Source: a virus
Taxonomy: Duplodnaviria > Caudoviricetes
Length of the DNA stretch: 61,743 nt
Virus record (IMG/VR): IMGVR_UViG_3300032893_000044
Location: 1 to 61,743 of that record
Direction: 5' to 3' (one strand)
Shown: positions 27,020 through 36,015 of the stretch, piece after piece
How the letters are laid out: every line of letters begins with the position of its first letter
How positions within the stretch are numbered: position 1 is the stretch's first letter
Made by a program: the position numbers and the translations under genes
Notes under the pieces: model-generated
The model's database searches: none
What the model was told of the DNA's origin: nothing
Seen by the model: only the letters and a program-made list of their open reading frames with translations

Positions 27020-27355
27020 ATGTTTTCCAAAAGCAAAGTAACTAATAAAGATAGACAAAAGTTGCAGGAATATATTGAGGAAGTCGGAGGGCTAGAGAAG
27101 TTCTATGACATTCGCACTCTTAATTATTATGCTCAAGAGATAATTTATGGTTATCTCAATGATACCCCTATTCTTTTTGTATCACGAAACATGGAAGCTT
27201 TTTGGTTTGACAAAGAGAAGTTACGACAAATGCTTTTGGAAGACCCGGTGATAGGCCATCACTTTACAGACGCGGCATTGTTAAAAAACGCATTCGATTA
27301 TCATCCCGTTTTCGCCAAACGGCTATACCCTATTCTTTTAGGATTACCCCTATGA
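27020..27355 (+). CDS. Hypothetical protein
   Basis: 111 aa ORF. Confidence 0.5.
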   Translation: MFSKSKVTNKDRQKLQEYIEEVGGLEKFYDIRTLNYYAQEIIYGYLNDTPILFVSRNMEAFWFDKEKLRQMLLEDPVIGHHFTDAALLKNAFDYHPVFAKRLYPILLGLPL

Positions 27356-27664
27356 TTTTAGATTTTTCCACGTCAAAGTGATTTTTTTGTCCATGGCTGC
27401 GGCTAATTTAGCTAATGTATGAGCGGTTAAATTGGCCTGCCCTTTCAAAATTTTATCTAGCTGAGAAAAGGTGATACGTATTTTACGAGCAGTTTCGTTA
27501 ATACCTAGCTTATTTTCTTTAATATAAAGCTTAAGTTCTCCGGCTATTTGTTTTTTAAATTCCGCAAAAACTTCTTGCTCAACTTTGTTTTTTTGTTTTA
27601 GCCATTCAATTTCTTTGGTGTCTAAACGCGCTGCTAATTCTGTCTCATATGTTTTGATTTTCAT
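27350..27664 (-). CDS. XRE-family HTH protein
   Basis: LGINETARKI..SQLDKILKGQANLT..TL.KLA.AM. Confidence 0.8.
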   Translation of the reverse strand: MKIKTYETELAARLDTKEIEWLKQKNKVEQEVFAEFKKQIAGELKLYIKENKLGINETARKIRITFSQLDKILKGQANLTAHTLAKLAAAMDKKITLTWKNLKS

Positions 27665-27673
27665 CAGTTTCTC

Positions 27674-27898
27674 CTATAGATTAATCAGTGAATCATATTG
27701 ACCCGCTACTTCATATTCATAAATTTCTAAAAAATGATGAAGATAATTGCGGCTAGATTCTATAAAAAAAGCCCCTTTATGCGGAACATATATCACTTTT
27801 CCCGTAAACTTAGGCACCCCTTTGACATAGGCTGTCACAATGTGACCTTCTTCAATGTCAACGCCGTTTTTGTCTTTAATGCCAACCGCTTTATTCAT
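27674..27898 (-). CDS. YopX-like protein
   Basis: GIKDKNGVDIEEGHIV...EVAG..YD. Confidence 0.75.
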   Translation of the reverse strand: MNKAVGIKDKNGVDIEEGHIVTAYVKGVPKFTGKVIYVPHKGAFFIESSRNYLHHFLEIYEYEVAGQYDSLINL

Positions 27899-28160
27899 AA
27901 AACCACTGGTATTTAACCATTGTTTGGCAAAATTTAGAGAGACGTGGCTCTATAGCAAGACCACCCCACAAATCATAGCCCTGAGTTAATTCTTTTTTTA
28001 CCTCTTTTTCTAAGCCATCTTTCAAGTAGTGACAAAAAATTTTATAGTCCACCACGCGCATGCGATAGGCAACAGGGGTTTCTTTTTGTTCTTCTACTCC
28101 TTCGGCAACACTGATACCCAAAAGCAGACTTAGTGCGAGCCCTTTAACCCATGCCTTCAT
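27891..28160 (-). CDS. Secreted small protein (DUF1737-like)
   Basis: Signal peptide; LEKEV...L..GY.L.GG..FCQTMVK. Confidence 0.5.
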   Translation of the reverse strand: MKAWVKGLALSLLLGISVAEGVEEQKETPVAYRMRVVDYKIFCHYLKDGLEKEVKKELTQGYDLWGGLAIEPRLSKFCQTMVKYQWFYE

Positions 28161-28645
28161 GCCATTGTCCTTTTAAGCTTTTGCTCCATCGCGTCAATTT
28201 CTTGGTCCATTTCAGCCCAAGCGGTCTTAACTGACTTCTCATGCTTTAAAATCTCAATCTCAGATCCCCGTTTAGTCAACAGCAAACTATATTCCCGCGC
28301 CTGTAAACGTTTCACCAAAAAGTCTACAGCTAAAAGCGGATCTGCTTTTTCCCCACACGTGTAAAACGCAATGCTCGCCCGCCGATGCTCCGGCCAGGTA
28401 TGAATAGTAATATGTGACTCAGCTAACAAAATAAGAACGGTCACACCATGGGGCTTAAATTGATGGCTAATGCGATTGATTTGTGTGGCTTTAGCAATGA
28501 TAGCAGCGGACCCCAGCGTCTCTTCCAGAAAATCTCGCTCATTCAATAAAATCCCCGAACATCCAGACAATTCCAGACTCAAGTCTTTACCATCGGACGT
28601 ATAGGTGGGATAAACAGTTTCTACTAATCTAAATTGTTTTAACAT
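28157..28645 (-). CDS. speD: S-adenosylmethionine decarboxylase proenzyme
   Basis: HQF.PHGVT...LLAESHITIHTWPE...FYTCG with ESH autocleavage site. Confidence 0.9.
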   Translation of the reverse strand: MLKQFRLVETVYPTYTSDGKDLSLELSGCSGILLNERDFLEETLGSAAIIAKATQINRISHQFKPHGVTVLILLAESHITIHTWPEHRRASIAFYTCGEKADPLLAVDFLVKRLQAREYSLLLTKRGSEIEILKHEKSVKTAWAEMDQEIDAMEQKLKRTMA

Positions 28646-28739
28646 TGTCCTCTCTCCTCAAAACCTACACTGTAAAGAACTTTCTTAAAATAATCAAGCT
28701 CCCCTTATGTGAATTTCAAAGTCAGCTTACACTCATTCT

Positions 28740-30353
28740 ATGGACAAGCTTGCCTTTTCTAGCTTGGAGTTTCCGCACTTGCTAGGGTATACGGACATTG
28801 CTCTCGCGGAACAGTCTCTTTATGCTTTTGTGAAGCAAGCGTGGCCTATTGTAGAGGGTCGACGGGTGTTTGTGGGTGGCTGGCACATTCAAGCCATTTG
28901 CGAGCATCTAGAAGCTGTGATTAAGGGCGATATTAAGCGGTTAGTCATTAATGTACCCCCGCGTACCAGTAAGTCAACGGTCGCGAGCGTGATGTTTTGC
29001 GCGTGGGCTTGGATTTCCCGGCCTGAGCTGCGCTTTCTCTATGCCTCCCATAAACAAGAGCTGGCCACGGTTCATTCGGTCTTATGTCGTAATTTGATTC
29101 TTTCTCCTTGGTACCAAGAGCGTTGGGCAGATCGCTTTCAGCTCGTCAAAGGCGAGATTCAAAAAGAAAAGTTTCAAAATGACCAGCGGGGAGAACGACT
29201 CACCACGGGTGTTACCTCAGGGCTCTTAGGAACAGGAGGCGATATCCTCTTGGCAGATGACCCCAATACGGGGGAAGATGTCACCTCCAAAGCCGAACGA
29301 GAAAAAAAAATCGCCTGGTTTCAGCATAGCTTCTCAACCCGTTTAAATGACCCCAAAAGCGGTTGTATCGTCGTGATTCAACAACGCCTCCATGAGAACG
29401 ATATCACGGGCTATCTCATTTCTAATGACCTCTACAAAGAGTATGTGAAGCTCATCCTCCCTATGGAGTTTGAACCCGCCAGACGCGCTAGAACCATTAT
29501 CTTACCCACATCCCATGGCAAAGTTTGGCAAGACCCGCGTAAAACCGCAGGCGAACTCCTCTGCCCTGACCGTATTGGCCCTAAAGAGCTTAATCGCCTC
29601 AAGAATCAGCTCGGCACAGAGCTCAATATCTCAGGACAGCTTCAACAAAGCCCCCATCCCGAAGGGGGTGCCTATATCAAAGCAGACTGGTTTCAATGGT
29701 GGGTGTCTAAAAGCGTGCCCAAGCTCATTCGTATCTTTCAAAGTCTCGATACCGCCTATACGGATAAAGCTGAAAACGACGCATGCGCAATCACCACCTG
29801 GGGCCTCTTTTATCATGAAAAGCTCAATTGCCGTTGCCTGCTATTACTAGATACCTGGTCTGACCGTGTTCTTTACCCTAAACTTCGTCGGATTGTCACA
29901 GCCGGCTATCATGACTACCGCTCGCACCATCGAAAAGTCCAACCCCATTCTGCCTATAAAACCGATACCCTTATCATCGAAACCAAGGCAGCAGGAGCCC
30001 CTATCCTCCAAGACCTGCATGAAGCAGGCTTACACGTGCACGAGTTCAATCCGGGTAAGATGGACAAAGTGGGACGCGTTTCTCTCTGTAGCGCACTCTT
30101 AGAAAATGGCCTTATCTTTGTTCCGGCAGACCCTAAGACAGACTTCAAAACGCTGCTACCCATTTCTGCCCAACTCATTGACCAATGCATTAGATTCCCT
30201 AACTCAGAGCATGACGATATTGTCGACACCATGACGCAGATGCTTATCTATGCACAGCAAAACCATATACTAGACCACCGCGACAACCCCAAATTCACCG
30301 AAGACTTCGGTCAACCTACCTCTATTGGCCTTTATAACGATTATACGCTGTAA
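28740..30353 (+). CDS. terL: Terminase large subunit
   Basis: INVPPRTSKS Walker A, LLADDP Walker B, QQRLHE.D, SLDTA, HDDIVDTMTQ. Confidence 0.95.
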   Translation: MDKLAFSSLEFPHLLGYTDIALAEQSLYAFVKQAWPIVEGRRVFVGGWHIQAICEHLEAVIKGDIKRLVINVPPRTSKSTVASVMFCAWAWISRPELRFLYASHKQELATVHSVLCRNLILSPWYQERWADRFQLVKGEIQKEKFQNDQRGERLTTGVTSGLLGTGGDILLADDPNTGEDVTSKAEREKKIAWFQHSFSTRLNDPKSGCIVVIQQRLHENDITGYLISNDLYKEYVKLILPMEFEPARRARTIILPTSHGKVWQDPRKTAGELLCPDRIGPKELNRLKNQLGTELNISGQLQQSPHPEGGAYIKADWFQWWVSKSVPKLIRIFQSLDTAYTDKAENDACAITTWGLFYHEKLNCRCLLLLDTWSDRVLYPKLRRIVTAGYHDYRSHHRKVQPHSAYKTDTLIIETKAAGAPILQDLHEAGLHVHEFNPGKMDKVGRVSLCSALLENGLIFVPADPKTDFKTLLPISAQLIDQCIRFPNSEHDDIVDTMTQMLIYAQQNHILDHRDNPKFTEDFGQPTSIGLYNDYTL

Positions 30354-30433
30354 GCATGGGCGCACTTTACCGAATTTCAAACTTAAGCGATAATAGGTCA
30401 TCTGTCTTTTTGTTTTAACGTGGAGGAACAACC

Positions 30434-30697
30434 ATGAAAAAGCTATTATTAATCCTTCTAACTTTTTTGTTAGCAGCGGGTTGCTTTTCGACTGTTGTCA
30501 CTCATTTGAATGTCAATGTGAAGCTAGAACGCGCCCCTGTTCTTCCTCCTCAGTATATGTTGAAAGGAGCGGACCCAAACTTAATCAAGAATCAGTACTG
30601 CGTCAAAATCCCCTTGATTAAGCGCGAGCTCGGCCTCTCTCTGCATAAAGGAGGAGAGTGCGAAGGGAAAGCTATCCTTAACTTTCCCAAACGTTAA
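30434..30697 (+). CDS. Putative lipoprotein
   Basis: MKKLLLILLTFLLAAGC lipobox; GGAGG RBS. Confidence 0.65.
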   Translation: MKKLLLILLTFLLAAGCFSTVVTHLNVNVKLERAPVLPPQYMLKGADPNLIKNQYCVKIPLIKRELGLSLHKGGECEGKAILNFPKR

Positions 30698-31004
30698 AGT
30701 CTGGGGGAATGGTTTGCAGCATCGGCGACATTCCCCCTATGACTGTCTCGCTACTCTTAGCTGTCACATTATGCCCAATCGCGATACAGCCAGGTTCTGC
30801 GCTTGCCCCATGCCCAATAGCAACCGCAACCCCGCTCGCTCTGAGCTCTAGCAACCGCGCCATCATCTCAGAACTAATAACCACAATCCCGGAACTACAA
30901 TTTTCTTCGCTAATGTCTTCAAAATCGCCAATCAAAATCGCGCCTGTGCGTAAAAGCTTTATCTTCTTTAACACGTCTTCTGGCAACTGGTGGCTAATTG
31001 TCAC
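30678..31004 (-). CDS. Hypothetical protein with YadA-head-like xIG repeats
   Basis: AVAIGHGASA, CIAIGHNVTA, TVIGG. Confidence 0.45.
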   Translation of the reverse strand: MTISHQLPEDVLKKIKLLRTGAILIGDFEDISEENCSSGIVVISSEMMARLLELRASGVAVAIGHGASAEPGCIAIGHNVTAKSSETVIGGMSPMLQTIPPDFNVWES

Positions 31005-31323
31005 CGCTTGGTTCCCCCTTATTGTAAAATTTTAGACCCTCTTGATATTCTGTCTTTAATTCAGAAAGCTTAGTGGTTAGCCTCTCAGTAATTTGCGCTA
31101 GAAGCGTGACAGAGAAAAGATAATGTTTTTCATTTCTAGAATTGTTTATTCCGAGCTCATTGATGAAAGCAGAAATATGCGTTCCCCGTGGAACCCACAT
31201 TTCGTCATCTAAGGCTCCCATCCCCGATAGCTCGGAAGCTAGCTCACGAAAAGCTCTCGTGTAAACGTTAGCTCTTTTATGAAACAGATCTATAAACTCT
31301 TGCTTTGTCATACTAACTTTCAC
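30994..31323 (-). CDS. Hypothetical protein
   Basis: ORF in leftward operon. Confidence 0.5.
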   Translation of the reverse strand: MKVSMTKQEFIDLFHKRANVYTRAFRELASELSGMGALDDEMWVPRGTHISAFINELGINNSRNEKHYLFSVTLLAQITERLTTKLSELKTEYQEGLKFYNKGEPSGDN

Positions 31324-31729
31324 TTTTTTCTCCTTTTTTCATAACCGCTTGATAAAACTGCTTGAGATCTGAGAAAGGAAAATCATGCGCCATGCCTTTT
31401 AAAATAATGGCACGCTCTACCTTTAAACTTCGCACCTCTAGGGTACGCGATTCTGCCTCTTTCATGAAAAAGACTTCAGTGGGCCAGATATCCCAGTTCT
31501 CTCCTGAGTACTTTTTGTGCAACTGCCCCACTGCACCCCCAGGAAGCCGAAGCCAGCCTGCATTGAACTTTTTACTTATTCTTCTAGTATCAAAATCAGA
31601 CACCACAACCGACAAAGGCTTGCCCTCCTCTGCACACTTCTCACTTAGCCTTTTTAAGCCTTTATCCCAGGTCCTCATAGCGTCTGTCTCTTTAGTTAGC
31701 GTCTTCAAATCTTTTTTCCATTTCTTCAT
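31313..31729 (-). CDS. Hypothetical protein
   Basis: C-terminal LKQFYQAVMK resembles the YY motif. Confidence 0.5.
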   Translation of the reverse strand: MKKWKKDLKTLTKETDAMRTWDKGLKRLSEKCAEEGKPLSVVVSDFDTRRISKKFNAGWLRLPGGAVGQLHKKYSGENWDIWPTEVFFMKEAESRTLEVRSLKVERAIILKGMAHDFPFSDLKQFYQAVMKKGEKSES

Positions 31730-32066
31730 AGCACCTGTCCTCTAAATCATCTAACTGACACTCAAAGTTCATCAATTGAAAACACGCGGCTTCTGTTTTA
31801 TCTGACAAGCCTTTAGTGGCTTCTCCCCAGGCTTTGTCAGCCTCAGCAAAAGCAAGGGCCATTTCTTTTTTGTTTTTAAAGGGGTCTTTAGAAACGCGCA
31901 AGTGCAGCTCGTCTTGAATAACTTTTAGCTTTTGGACTAAAAAAAGATACAAATCGAGCAAGTCGGACGAAGCCGTTTCGAGATTTGCTTCAATCTCTCT
32001 ACCTGCTAGTTGAAAGATAGCTCGATACAACTTAAAAAACTTTACCTTGTCATAAAAATTTTGCAT
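31692..32066 (-). CDS. Hypothetical protein
   Basis: AAGGAG RBS. Confidence 0.55.
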   Translation of the reverse strand: MQNFYDKVKFFKLYRAIFQLAGREIEANLETASSDLLDLYLFLVQKLKVIQDELHLRVSKDPFKNKKEMALAFAEADKAWGEATKGLSDKTEAACFQLMNFECQLDDLEDRCYEEMEKRFEDAN

Positions 32067-32079
32067 TTCTTTCTCCTTG

Positions 32080-32454
32080 TTAATTACTTTCTGCTGTTAA
32101 CTTTTCAAGCGTACTGACGGTTTTGTCATAGATATCTGTCAGATGACCATGAGTCAACTCTAGCCCATACTGCATCATGAGCTGCACAGTCTGTCTTTTA
32201 GACTTAATCACACCCTCCATCAACTTAATTTCGTGGTTAGTATGGTCTTTTAAACACTGCATCAAAAAGAGAAACTCAAGCTCAGTGAGTATCTTTTCTT
32301 GATCTAGCACAAACTCAAAGAAGGGGTCTGTCAAAAGCTCGCGCCCCTTTTTTGTTAACAGCTTATCCGAAGGTCTATCGTCTTCAGGTGCATGAAATTT
32401 TAAGAAGTTGAGCAACTTATTCATGTCATCATAAGAAAAAGTATTATCAGCCAT
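32080..32454 (-). CDS. Hypothetical protein
   Basis: GAGGAG RBS. Confidence 0.55.
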   Translation of the reverse strand: MADNTFSYDDMNKLLNFLKFHAPEDDRPSDKLLTKKGRELLTDPFFEFVLDQEKILTELEFLFLMQCLKDHTNHEIKLMEGVIKSKRQTVQLMMQYGLELTHGHLTDIYDKTVSTLEKLTAESN

Positions 32455-32466
32455 TGGTTATCTCCT

Positions 32467-32853
32467 CTAGTCTAAGGACCATTCGTCTACTAAAGACCAT
32501 TCAGCTTTGTCATATCCAGGCAAACTGTGTAAAGCACTTTTCATAATCGCCTTCAAGATAAATTTAGCCTCGCTGGTATTATAGTCGGGGGCATCTTCTG
32601 TTTGATACTCATAACATTCGCAAAGCTTCAAGGCCTGCACGGCCGAGATTTCGCTCGGACAGCGCTTAAAAGTGAAAGAAGGCGTACTAATTTTTTCTTC
32701 ATACCGATAGTTCACGCTAGCCATATTCTGCTGACGCAGCTTATCTCCCCAGATTTGCAGGTGTTTATCGGTAGCAGGATCTTCTCCTCGACTGTCACTA
32801 TAAAAATTTAATATCGCGTTCAAATGATTATCGCCCAATAAAAATGCGCTCAT
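32467..32853 (-). CDS. Conserved phage protein of unknown function
   Basis: MSAF..H..AI, N..SVNYRY, LK.C.CYEYQ...Y..SEA, LPGY..A.W motifs. Confidence 0.65.
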   Translation of the reverse strand: MSAFLLGDNHLNAILNFYSDSRGEDPATDKHLQIWGDKLRQQNMASVNYRYEEKISTPSFTFKRCPSEISAVQALKLCECYEYQTEDAPDYNTSEAKFILKAIMKSALHSLPGYDKAEWSLVDEWSLD

Positions 32854-32896
32854 GACTTTCTCCTTAATCTACATTAAACTCACTTTACCACTACAT

Positions 32897-32911
32897 ATTT
32901 ACTTTGTAAAG
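32897..32911. promoter_or_regulatory. Operator copy on -35 of leftward promoter (TTTACA-17-TAAAGT)
   Basis: ATTTAC-TTT-GTAAAG. Confidence 0.55.
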
Positions 32912-32918
32912 AACTTTT

Positions 32919-33527
32919 TTAAAAAATATTCTCGCCTAAATTTGACATCTGACTTTGTATTAATAACTTTTGCAGTCGGATAATAGCGGTTTGAATAGCT
33001 GATTTAATTAATAACTTTTCTGTCGTAGGCGGTTTGCTTAGCACATAATCCGCAACCGCTTCTTTGTGACCCGGGTGATCAATGCCTAAGCGGATACGCT
33101 GGAAATCTCTACTATGGAGGTGATGAATAATGTCTTTTAGTCCATTGTGTCCGGCATGTCCTCCCCCGACTTTAAAGCGAAATTGTCCAGCTTTAAGATC
33201 CAGTTCGTCATGCGCAACCAGGATGTTGACGGGGGCAATGTGAAAGTATTTTGCATAAGCACCTAACGCTTGTCCACTATGGTTCATATAAGTGGTTGGA
33301 ATTAACAAAGGATATGTTTTGCCGCCAAAGCTCCATTCCGTCAAACGGGCACTAAATTTTGTTTCTGTATTAAGCTTTAAACGAAATTGCTGGCATAAGG
33401 CTTCAATAAACCAGGCACCCGCATTGTGCCGGGTTTCAGCATACGCTGGGCCGGGATTACCCAGCCCAGCAATGAGCTGTATGCTGCTACCAGGCTGAGT
33501 CACCAGGGTTGACCTGCTTCGAGCCAT
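32919..33527 (-). CDS. pth: Peptidyl-tRNA hydrolase
   Basis: LIAGLGNPG..Y..TRHNAG, PTTYMN.SG, VAHDELDL, GGHAGHNGLK, RIRLGI, DYVL. Confidence 0.95.
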   Translation of the reverse strand: MARSRSTLVTQPGSSIQLIAGLGNPGPAYAETRHNAGAWFIEALCQQFRLKLNTETKFSARLTEWSFGGKTYPLLIPTTYMNHSGQALGAYAKYFHIAPVNILVAHDELDLKAGQFRFKVGGGHAGHNGLKDIIHHLHSRDFQRIRLGIDHPGHKEAVADYVLSKPPTTEKLLIKSAIQTAIIRLQKLLIQSQMSNLGENIF

Positions 33528-33811
33528 GCTGCAATGCCGTCGATGGTGCAGGGAATGTCGACATTAAAAAAGTCGTTCTCGGGATATTTTGCTTTTACCA
33601 AGGTGAGCATGCCCGTCTGGTCATTAAAGCCGGTGCTCTCTGTCAGCCTCTCGTCTTCTGGCAGGCGCACTAACGCACGCACGAGTTCAATAAGGAACCT
33701 GACCTGCTGCTCATCTTCGTCTGCGTTGGGATCGAAGGGCTCAAGCATGTAAGGCACGCCGGCGCGGTATCTGTCCCACTTCTGCTGTATCATCTCTTTG
33801 TAACTTTCCAT
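33500..33811 (-). CDS. Hypothetical protein
   Basis: GAGGAG RBS. Confidence 0.55.
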   Translation of the reverse strand: MESYKEMIQQKWDRYRAGVPYMLEPFDPNADEDEQQVRFLIELVRALVRLPEDERLTESTGFNDQTGMLTLVKAKYPENDFFNVDIPCTIDGIAAWLEAGQPW

Positions 33812-33860
33812 CTCATGTCTCCTCTGCTGTAGTGACTATAAGGCTACTGTAGCATCACCT

Positions 33861-33875
33861 TTCTACTTTGTAAAG
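33861..33875. promoter_or_regulatory. Operator copy on -35 of leftward promoter (TTTACA-17-TACAGT)
   Basis: TTCTAC-TTT-GTAAAG. Confidence 0.5.
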
Positions 33876-33926
33876 CACTTTTTTAAAAAAAGTTTTCATC
33901 TGTGACAAGTGTGATAAGATAGCCAC

Positions 33927-34139
33927 ATGATAGACAGAACTAGACTACCCGATTTTCATCTTCGTCCTCCCTGGTATCGTGATGGGTTCACTCCGCAGAG
34001 TGCGGGCGTATACTATGGAATACAACATAAATGTTGTCCAAAAGGAGTGATTCAAGCTAGCTCTGCTTGGTGGCGACATCATCCGAACAGAACAATGACT
34101 TTTTGGCGATCTTATTATCAAACGGTATTAAAAAGATGA
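33927..34139 (+). CDS. YY-motif small protein (cluster B)
   Basis: CPKGVI..FWRSYYQTVLKR. Confidence 0.7.
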   Translation: MIDRTRLPDFHLRPPWYRDGFTPQSAGVYYGIQHKCCPKGVIQASSAWWRHHPNRTMTFWRSYYQTVLKR

Positions 34140-34348
34140 TAGGCAGAACTGGCTTCCCCGCTTTTTACCTGGTTACACCCTGGTGTATGGCAAACGTTTC
34201 TCCGCGCTCTGCGGGGGTATACTATGGGATGCAGCCGGACTTTTGTCCAAAGCAAGTCATGCGAAGCGGGCTCGATTGGTGGCGAAATCATTCGCACCGG
34301 ACGCTAGAGTTTTGGCGGTCTTACTATCAAACGGTGCTAAAGAGGTGA
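34136..34348 (+). CDS. YY-motif small protein (cluster B), tandem duplicate of previous
   Basis: SAGVYYG..CPKQVM..FWRSYYQTVLKR. Confidence 0.7.
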   Translation: MIGRTGFPAFYLVTPWCMANVSPRSAGVYYGMQPDFCPKQVMRSGLDWWRNHSHRTLEFWRSYYQTVLKR

Positions 34349-34494
34349 ATCTCTACGCTCGCATATTTAAGGCTGTCTTGACTTTTGACTGGGCCATGGT
34401 GGACGCGATGAGGACATACTACCGTGTCATCCTCCGAGAGCCGACTGAGGCAGAGCGTAAGATGATAGGGGGAGAAGATGACGGACAGGTTTGA
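34345..34494 (+). CDS. YY-motif small protein (cluster B)
   Basis: GTGA overlap; MRTYYRVILRE. Confidence 0.6.
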   Translation: MNLYARIFKAVLTFDWAMVDAMRTYYRVILREPTEAERKMIGGEDDGQV

Positions 34495-34693
34495 AAAGTT
34501 TAATACTGAGTATATGTCAGAGTGGGCTCTCTGGGGAAACAAGCATCTTGCTGCTTACCTCTATTCCCTTCCTGAAGCGATTACTCGGTCAGAAACCTTG
34601 AGCTACATTTTGTGGAACTATGAGATCGGCTCAAGTGTCGGCAGATACTTTGTTTATACTCTAAAAAAATACTACCAGGCAGTCGTGAGATGA
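34478..34693 (+). CDS. YY-motif small protein (cluster B)
   Basis: RSETLSYILW..LKKYYQAVV. Confidence 0.7.
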   Translation: MTDRFEKFNTEYMSEWALWGNKHLAAYLYSLPEAITRSETLSYILWNYEIGSSVGRYFVYTLKKYYQAVVR

Positions 34694-34875
34694 CGGACAG
34701 GTTTAAGGAAAAGGATATACCGCTGTGGGCTATATATGGCGCAGCAGGGCTGCCCGACTACTTCTTCTACTCTCTTGATGAATCCAGCGCTTCTCGGTCA
34801 GAACTTTTGAGCTACCTTTTGTGGTACTATGACCCTGCTACTCTAAAAAAATACTATCGGGTAGTCACGCAATGA
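34690..34875 (+). CDS. YY-motif small protein (cluster B), paralog of previous
   Basis: RSELLSYLLW..LKKYYRVV. Confidence 0.7.
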   Translation: MTDRFKEKDIPLWAIYGAAGLPDYFFYSLDESSASRSELLSYLLWYYDPATLKKYYRVVTQ

Positions 34876-35066
34876 AGCAAGATATATGGCAGAAGAACCT
34901 CGCGCACCGTATGCAGCATCCTGAACAGTATTATGTAATTTGGGGCTTTAACTACATCTCAAAAGATATACGCCCCAGTAAAGCTATGTGCGAGCTGATA
35001 TGTGATCGCCCTGCCTTTTTGGCAGTAGCCAAAGAGTACTACAAAATCATACTGAGAGAAGCATGA
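34872..35066 (+). CDS. YY-motif small protein (cluster B)
   Basis: PSKAMCELI..AKEYYKIIL. Confidence 0.7.
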   Translation: MKQDIWQKNLAHRMQHPEQYYVIWGFNYISKDIRPSKAMCELICDRPAFLAVAKEYYKIILREA

Positions 35067-35239
35067 TACAAAGCCTTAAACAATATCTTGGTGAGCCTAT
35101 GATAGTTTTAGAAGCCAATGGCGGATGGTGCTGGGTATATGGTCCTGGCACACCTCCTAAAACGCTGACATACCTGCTTACTGACAATGATTTCATATGG
35201 GCTAAAGCGTACTACAAGCACATCATGAGGAAAGCATGA
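35063..35239 (+). CDS. YY-motif small protein (cluster B; below ORF-track cutoff)
   Basis: Translated by eye: VYGPGTPPKTLTYLLTD..WAKAYYKHIMRKA. Confidence 0.7.
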   Translation: MIQSLKQYLGEPMIVLEANGGWCWVYGPGTPPKTLTYLLTDNDFIWAKAYYKHIMRKA

Positions 35240-35460
35240 CACAGATATATTACTGGGGCCTTGTGACACGAGAAGACCACCTATCCCTCGCCATCACTGA
35301 TGTGCACATCCTACAGAAGCGTCGCCCAGAATGGTTTCGCACCTTCTTTCAGGGCGAAGAAGCTTTCTTGACCCCAGAAAGGGTGATGCGTTACTTTACA
35401 ATGCAATCTTTCATAAACCTCGCATTCATCCGCGACTACTACCAATGGGTCATGCCATGA
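35236..35460 (+). CDS. YY-motif small protein (cluster B)
   Basis: PERVMRYF..IRDYYQWVM. Confidence 0.7.
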   Translation: MTQIYYWGLVTREDHLSLAITDVHILQKRRPEWFRTFFQGEEAFLTPERVMRYFTMQSFINLAFIRDYYQWVMP

Positions 35461-35648
35461 GCACAGAATATCGTCACGCACTGGTAGAAGACTTTCTTCA
35501 CGTGTCGCGCCTATATATCGGCCTCAACTCTTTCCCTTTACGCTACTATTACCAGATGGCAATTCTGAATCCGTATCCCACCGATGAGGAATTTATGCAT
35601 AACGCTCATCTGCTATCTGAGAAGCTCGCCCTGCGGAAGAAAACATGA
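35457..35648 (+). CDS. MSTEYRH-type small protein, copy 1
   Basis: LRYYYQMAILNPYPTDEEF. Confidence 0.7.
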   Translation: MSTEYRHALVEDFLHVSRLYIGLNSFPLRYYYQMAILNPYPTDEEFMHNAHLLSEKLALRKKT

Positions 35649-35830
35649 GCACAGAATATCGTCACCCCATCGCAAAACAATTCCTCGACTACTTGCGCAC
35701 ATATCCAAGTCTGCGTTGTCTTATCTTACGCGCCCATTACCAGATGGCAATTCTCAACCCGAATCCCACCGATAAGGAATTTATTAATATGAGGATTTTG
35801 TTCCTAACCGGCGTCCGGAAGAAAGCATGA
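35645..35830 (+). CDS. MSTEYRH-type small protein, copy 2
   Basis: LRAHYQMAILNPNPTDKEF. Confidence 0.7.
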   Translation: MSTEYRHPIAKQFLDYLRTYPSLRCLILRAHYQMAILNPNPTDKEFINMRILFLTGVRKKA

Positions 35831-36015
35831 GCACAGAATATCGTCACCCGCTGATAAAACACTTTCTCCACGCGGTGCGCACATATAGCAGTATCAGACC
35901 TTTTGCCTCACGTCACTACTACAAGATGGCGATCCTCAATCCCTATCCCACCGATGACGAATATCTTCATAACGCTCGTCTACTAGACAAGCGCGCCCTG
36001 CGGAGGAAAGCATGA
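35827..36015 (+). CDS. MSTEYRH-type small protein, copy 3
   Basis: RHYYKMAILNPYPTDDEY. Confidence 0.7.
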   Translation: MSTEYRHPLIKHFLHAVRTYSSIRPFASRHYYKMAILNPYPTDDEYLHNARLLDKRALRRKA

